Shown piece by piece: positions 29,901-33,114 of a stretch of 33,114 nucleotides of DNA. Both the position numbers and the translations under genes were made by a program. The DNA lies in the NCBI GenBank assembly GCA_001179505.1, contig CDMY01000672.1:1-33114 (forward strand), in the 5' to 3' direction. Each line of letters begins with the position of its first letter. The stretch's first letter is position 1. Below the pieces are notes generated by a model. That model saw only the letters and a program-made list of their open reading frames with translations, did not search any database and had not been told where the DNA came from. This stretch comes from Vitrella brassicaformis CCMP3155. Taxonomy: Eukaryota; Protista; Chromerida.

Positions 29901-32523
29901 CTTGTCCGCCTTCTTGCCCCTGTCACTGTCGGCTTGTGCTACATCGGCAGCAGGCGCCTTGGCGGGTGAGAGAGGCCGTGGCTGCGGGTGCGTGTCGGTC
30001 TTCTTGAGCTTCTTCTTGGCGGCGGGGACGGCCTTGGGCTTGGCTGATCCTGCTGGGGACAAGGAGCGGGGGGCAGCACTGGGGGGAGTGTCTGAAGTGA
30101 TGATGATTCACATGGATGGGCGGGGGGGTGGGGTGGGTGGGTTTGTGCGCCGCGCCCTGTCTGTCGTGTCGTCACGTACCAGATTTGTTTGAGGCGCTCT
30201 TCTTCGCCTTGGCCTTGGCCTTCCTCTTGCGCATCTTCTCCACGATCCTGCACACACCACATCCAGCCGCCAGTCCCCAGTTGCCCGCAGCGATGAGATA
30301 TGATGTGGTCTGGTGTGGTGTGGTCTGGTGTGACGCGGGTTGCCTACTGTTTCTTCTTCCATTTGCGCTTGGCAGTGAGCATTTGGGTCTCGATGTCCTC
30401 GTCCAGAGGGGTGGAGAAGCTGCCGTGGGGGAAGGAGAACAAGACACGACACATGTGGGTGTGTATCGGCCACTCGTCCAACCATGCAGTCAGGAGATGC
30501 ACTTACTGTCTGCGTCTCTGCCACGTCGGCTTCTTGAAACCCTGCACACACACACACACATAAAAGCGGAGGAAGACAGCCGAATGAAGGCATGGCTGCT
30601 GGCTCGTCGCCGGCCTGCATGTGTTGTCTGTCCTGTGTGTGTGGTTTGTATCATCTGACCTCCCAGTAGGTGCGCCACTTGCCCCGTCCGTTCCGGCTCT
30701 TGGCATACTCACCTATCCGCTGCACAGCACACCAATCAAACCAGCACAAGACACGTGCCCGTCATCAACCAGCAAATCGATGACCGCGCATCTCGTTCGT
30801 CCATTGGGTTGCATGTACATCTGTTCCCTCCCTCCCTCACCTCAACAACGAAATCTGCCCCTTGCACATTGGCGTCTTCCTCCTCAGACGTGTCCTCCTC
30901 TGTGACCGACCCACTCGTGTCCTTGCACTCCGTCTCACTCACACTCATCTCGTCCGTCAGCACCTCATCCACGCCACGATCCTTCGACTTGGCCGTCGAC
31001 CGGCTCTTGACACTGTAGCTCGTCGGTGACCCGCCCTTTAAGGGCCCAGGAGCAATGCTCGCCTGCTCAGCGCCCTTGGACGGCTCGCCGTTCTCATCAT
31101 CCTGTTGAGGTTGCGGTTTCTTGAGACGGCCCTTCCTCGGCTTCTCAGCAGCCCCGTCGGCCGCGGAAGACCGCAGTGCCACGGGACCGGCCTGAGGCAT
31201 GGCATTTTGAGCAGTGAAGGGTGCTGGCGGCGTCTCTGGGGGGAGAGATGGAGCGGGGGGCGGGGAGAGGGAGAATGGGCGAGGTGGGGGGGATGGGGGC
31301 TCCTCCAGTGGGACAGGCTGCTCGGCAGGCGGCGGGCTGGCAGCAGGAAGGGAAGGGGCCTCACAAGTAGGCTCCTCGGGAGCCGCCTTGGCCTCTTCTG
31401 CAGCCTTCTCTCCTGACGACGGTCTCTCAGCGGCGATAGCAGCGGCCACCGTCTCCTCAGACCGCTTCTGTACCGCCGCCGACGCTGCTGACTCCTCTTC
31501 CTCCGCCTTCTTTCGGGCCTCCTCTTTCTCCTCCTCCTCTGCCCTCTTTCGAGCCAGCTTCTCCTCCAGCTTGCGGGTCGCCCACTCTGGCCTCTTGACG
31601 ACGGGACTCTCACAGAAGTCGCACTCATCCATCTCGAGCGTCCACCGACTGCCGCATTTTCCCGGGCACAACCAGCGGTTGTCGCTGTCGTCCAATAGGT
31701 CTTTCTCTGCACCATCTGCCGTGTCGTCAGCTCCTGCGGGGGACGGTGGTGGTGGGGCGGGGGTCGCCTCGCTGGGCGCGGCGGCAGCAGCTGCTGGTGC
31801 TGTTGCAGGGGAAGGACGAGGAGAGGGAGGGGGAGCAGGGGCAGGGAGGGCAGCTGGTGACGCATCGTCGGCTGTGTCGCCGAAGATGTCTTGAAGCCAG
31901 GCGATTTCGTCTGACGGATGGTTCTTGATAGCTATCGCCCCGTCCCCGACGGCATTCTCGCTCTCCGGCTGCTGCTGCTCTTGCACCTGCTGGCCCTCGT
32001 CAGCTGCTGCCACCGCCACCGCCGCCGCCGCCGCAGCAGCGGGAGGCGCCTCAGTAGGTGTGTCGGCAGCGAGCTGGGGTGCGGCTGGAGGGGCTATGGG
32101 CGGTTCTGGGGCCGCAGACGACTCAGCAGGTGGGGCCTCGAGGAGATCTGAAACAAAGCCCATACAGTACAAACACCCAGAGTGGGTGCACTGCAGGCAC
32201 GTTGATTCGCATCAGACAGACAGACACGTACCTTTGGCTGTGATAGTTCCGTCCTTGATGGCCTGGACAAACAGCTCAGCCAAATCTGCGGCGCTGACGT
32301 CACGCCCCTCCCCGCCCTCCAGCTCCAGCCGATATGCTGCCGCACAACCGTCCGAACCCTTCGATGCGCCGGCAAACAGAGCCGAACGGCCGTCGTCTTG
32401 AAGGGTGAGGCGGGTCTTGTGTGCCGTGAGGCCGAAGATGGGGATCCACTGCGCCTTGTTGTCCTCTCCGCTGCCATCCCCGCACGCACCAGATGACTGC
32501 GATAACGCTGCGGCGGCCGCCAT
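26940..32523 (-). CDS. RluA-family pseudouridine synthase with an N-terminal RanBP2-type zinc finger, a chromodomain-like module and a C-terminal RS/RD/Pro-rich tail (~1,503 aa, 12 exons)
   Basis: Exons 32523-32232, 32147-30841, 30719-30660, 30541-30507, 30419-30348, 30247-30180, 30052-29245, 29175-28860, 28774-28673, 28568-28448, 28363-28134 and 28040-26940 sum to 4512 nt with consistent phases. RluA motifs: VISKPQG, QRLDMNTSGLLMLAK (catalytic Asp codon 28964-28962), KIYKAMVLG, IDTGKTHQIRVHM, RHFLHSFHLAF. Confidence 0.78.
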
Positions 32524-33114
32524 CCCTCACAGCAGGCCGACAACACTCCGCATCAAGCACCAGATTCTTCCCACAAGCAGCTGCAGGCATCTATGCGCAT
32601 GACGCTCATTTCCACACCTGGTTCGAAAGCTCGCGGGGCGCCAGCTAAGGGCTCCTTGAAACCGAGAGATCTGGCGCTAAACCACGGCCGCGTGTTTCTC
32701 AGCTTGGTCCTCTGACCGAGCCTGAGGTGAAAACACTTCGCTGTGCCCTCACAAAGTCTGAATTCGCTCGAATCTTGGAAAAACGTTGGGCTCATGCTCG
32801 CGTCCCTAGCTTGCCTGCTACTCCCTCTCTCCCCCCGCCTATCTCTCTAACGGCTCAGGCAGTGTCTTTGCTTCCATGGCGTTCTTATGCATCTGGTCAG
32901 ACAAGGGTGTCTGGCAGAGCACTTTTTCAAGCACGTAAGCTCCTCTTTGTCCCTGGTTGTCGCCTTTTCAATCATTCCTTTCCCGTGTCATTCCCACGCT
33001 TGCATCGTTCCTTTGCTCCTCCTCTGCGTGAGTGCCGGTGTGACCTTGACTCGCTCGTGTGCATGGCATCATACGTGCCAGCGCAGTCATATATGGAAGT
33101 GCTTCAGCATGGAC

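Noticed and set aside
32420-32455. QWIPIFGLTAH resembles the beta-4 IPIIALTA segment of response-regulator receiver domains
   Set aside because: No upstream acidic pocket or phospho-Asp and no downstream K-P motif are recognisable, and the match is too short.
32524-33114. Possible gene or regulatory motif at the right end of the window
   Set aside because: There is no convincing ORF, splice chain or repeated motif. It is probably the 5' UTR and promoter of the pseudouridine synthase gene, but I cannot delimit it.

Overview
Intron-rich, GC-rich eukaryotic genomic DNA. Short GT-AG introns full of (TG)n tracts and the gene style suggest a chromerid or other alveolate such as Vitrella, which is an inference. 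By tracing splice sites and reading-frame phases by hand I reconstructed nine protein-coding genes: (1) a 5'-truncated hypothetical gene; (2) a small multi-pass membrane protein; (3) a ~2,670-aa protein with an N-acylation motif, Clu-like regions and a complete seven-repeat RCC1 propeller; (4,5) a tandem pair of GT32 (DxD) glycosyltransferases; (6) an MCTP-like C2/transmembrane protein with a duplicated ATG2/VPS13-C-like insert; (7) a secreted GH16-fold protein with a substituted catalytic motif; (8) a ycf45/SpoIIIAA-like P-loop ATPase carrying a degenerate exonuclease-like domain; and (9) a ~1,500-aa RluA-family pseudouridine synthase. Gene 9 is the most striking: once its micro-exons are joined it also contains a chromodomain-like module, a RanBP2-type zinc finger and an RS/RD-rich tail. 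I saw no rRNA, tRNA, CRISPR array or transposase. All domain calls come from motif recognition, not database searches.
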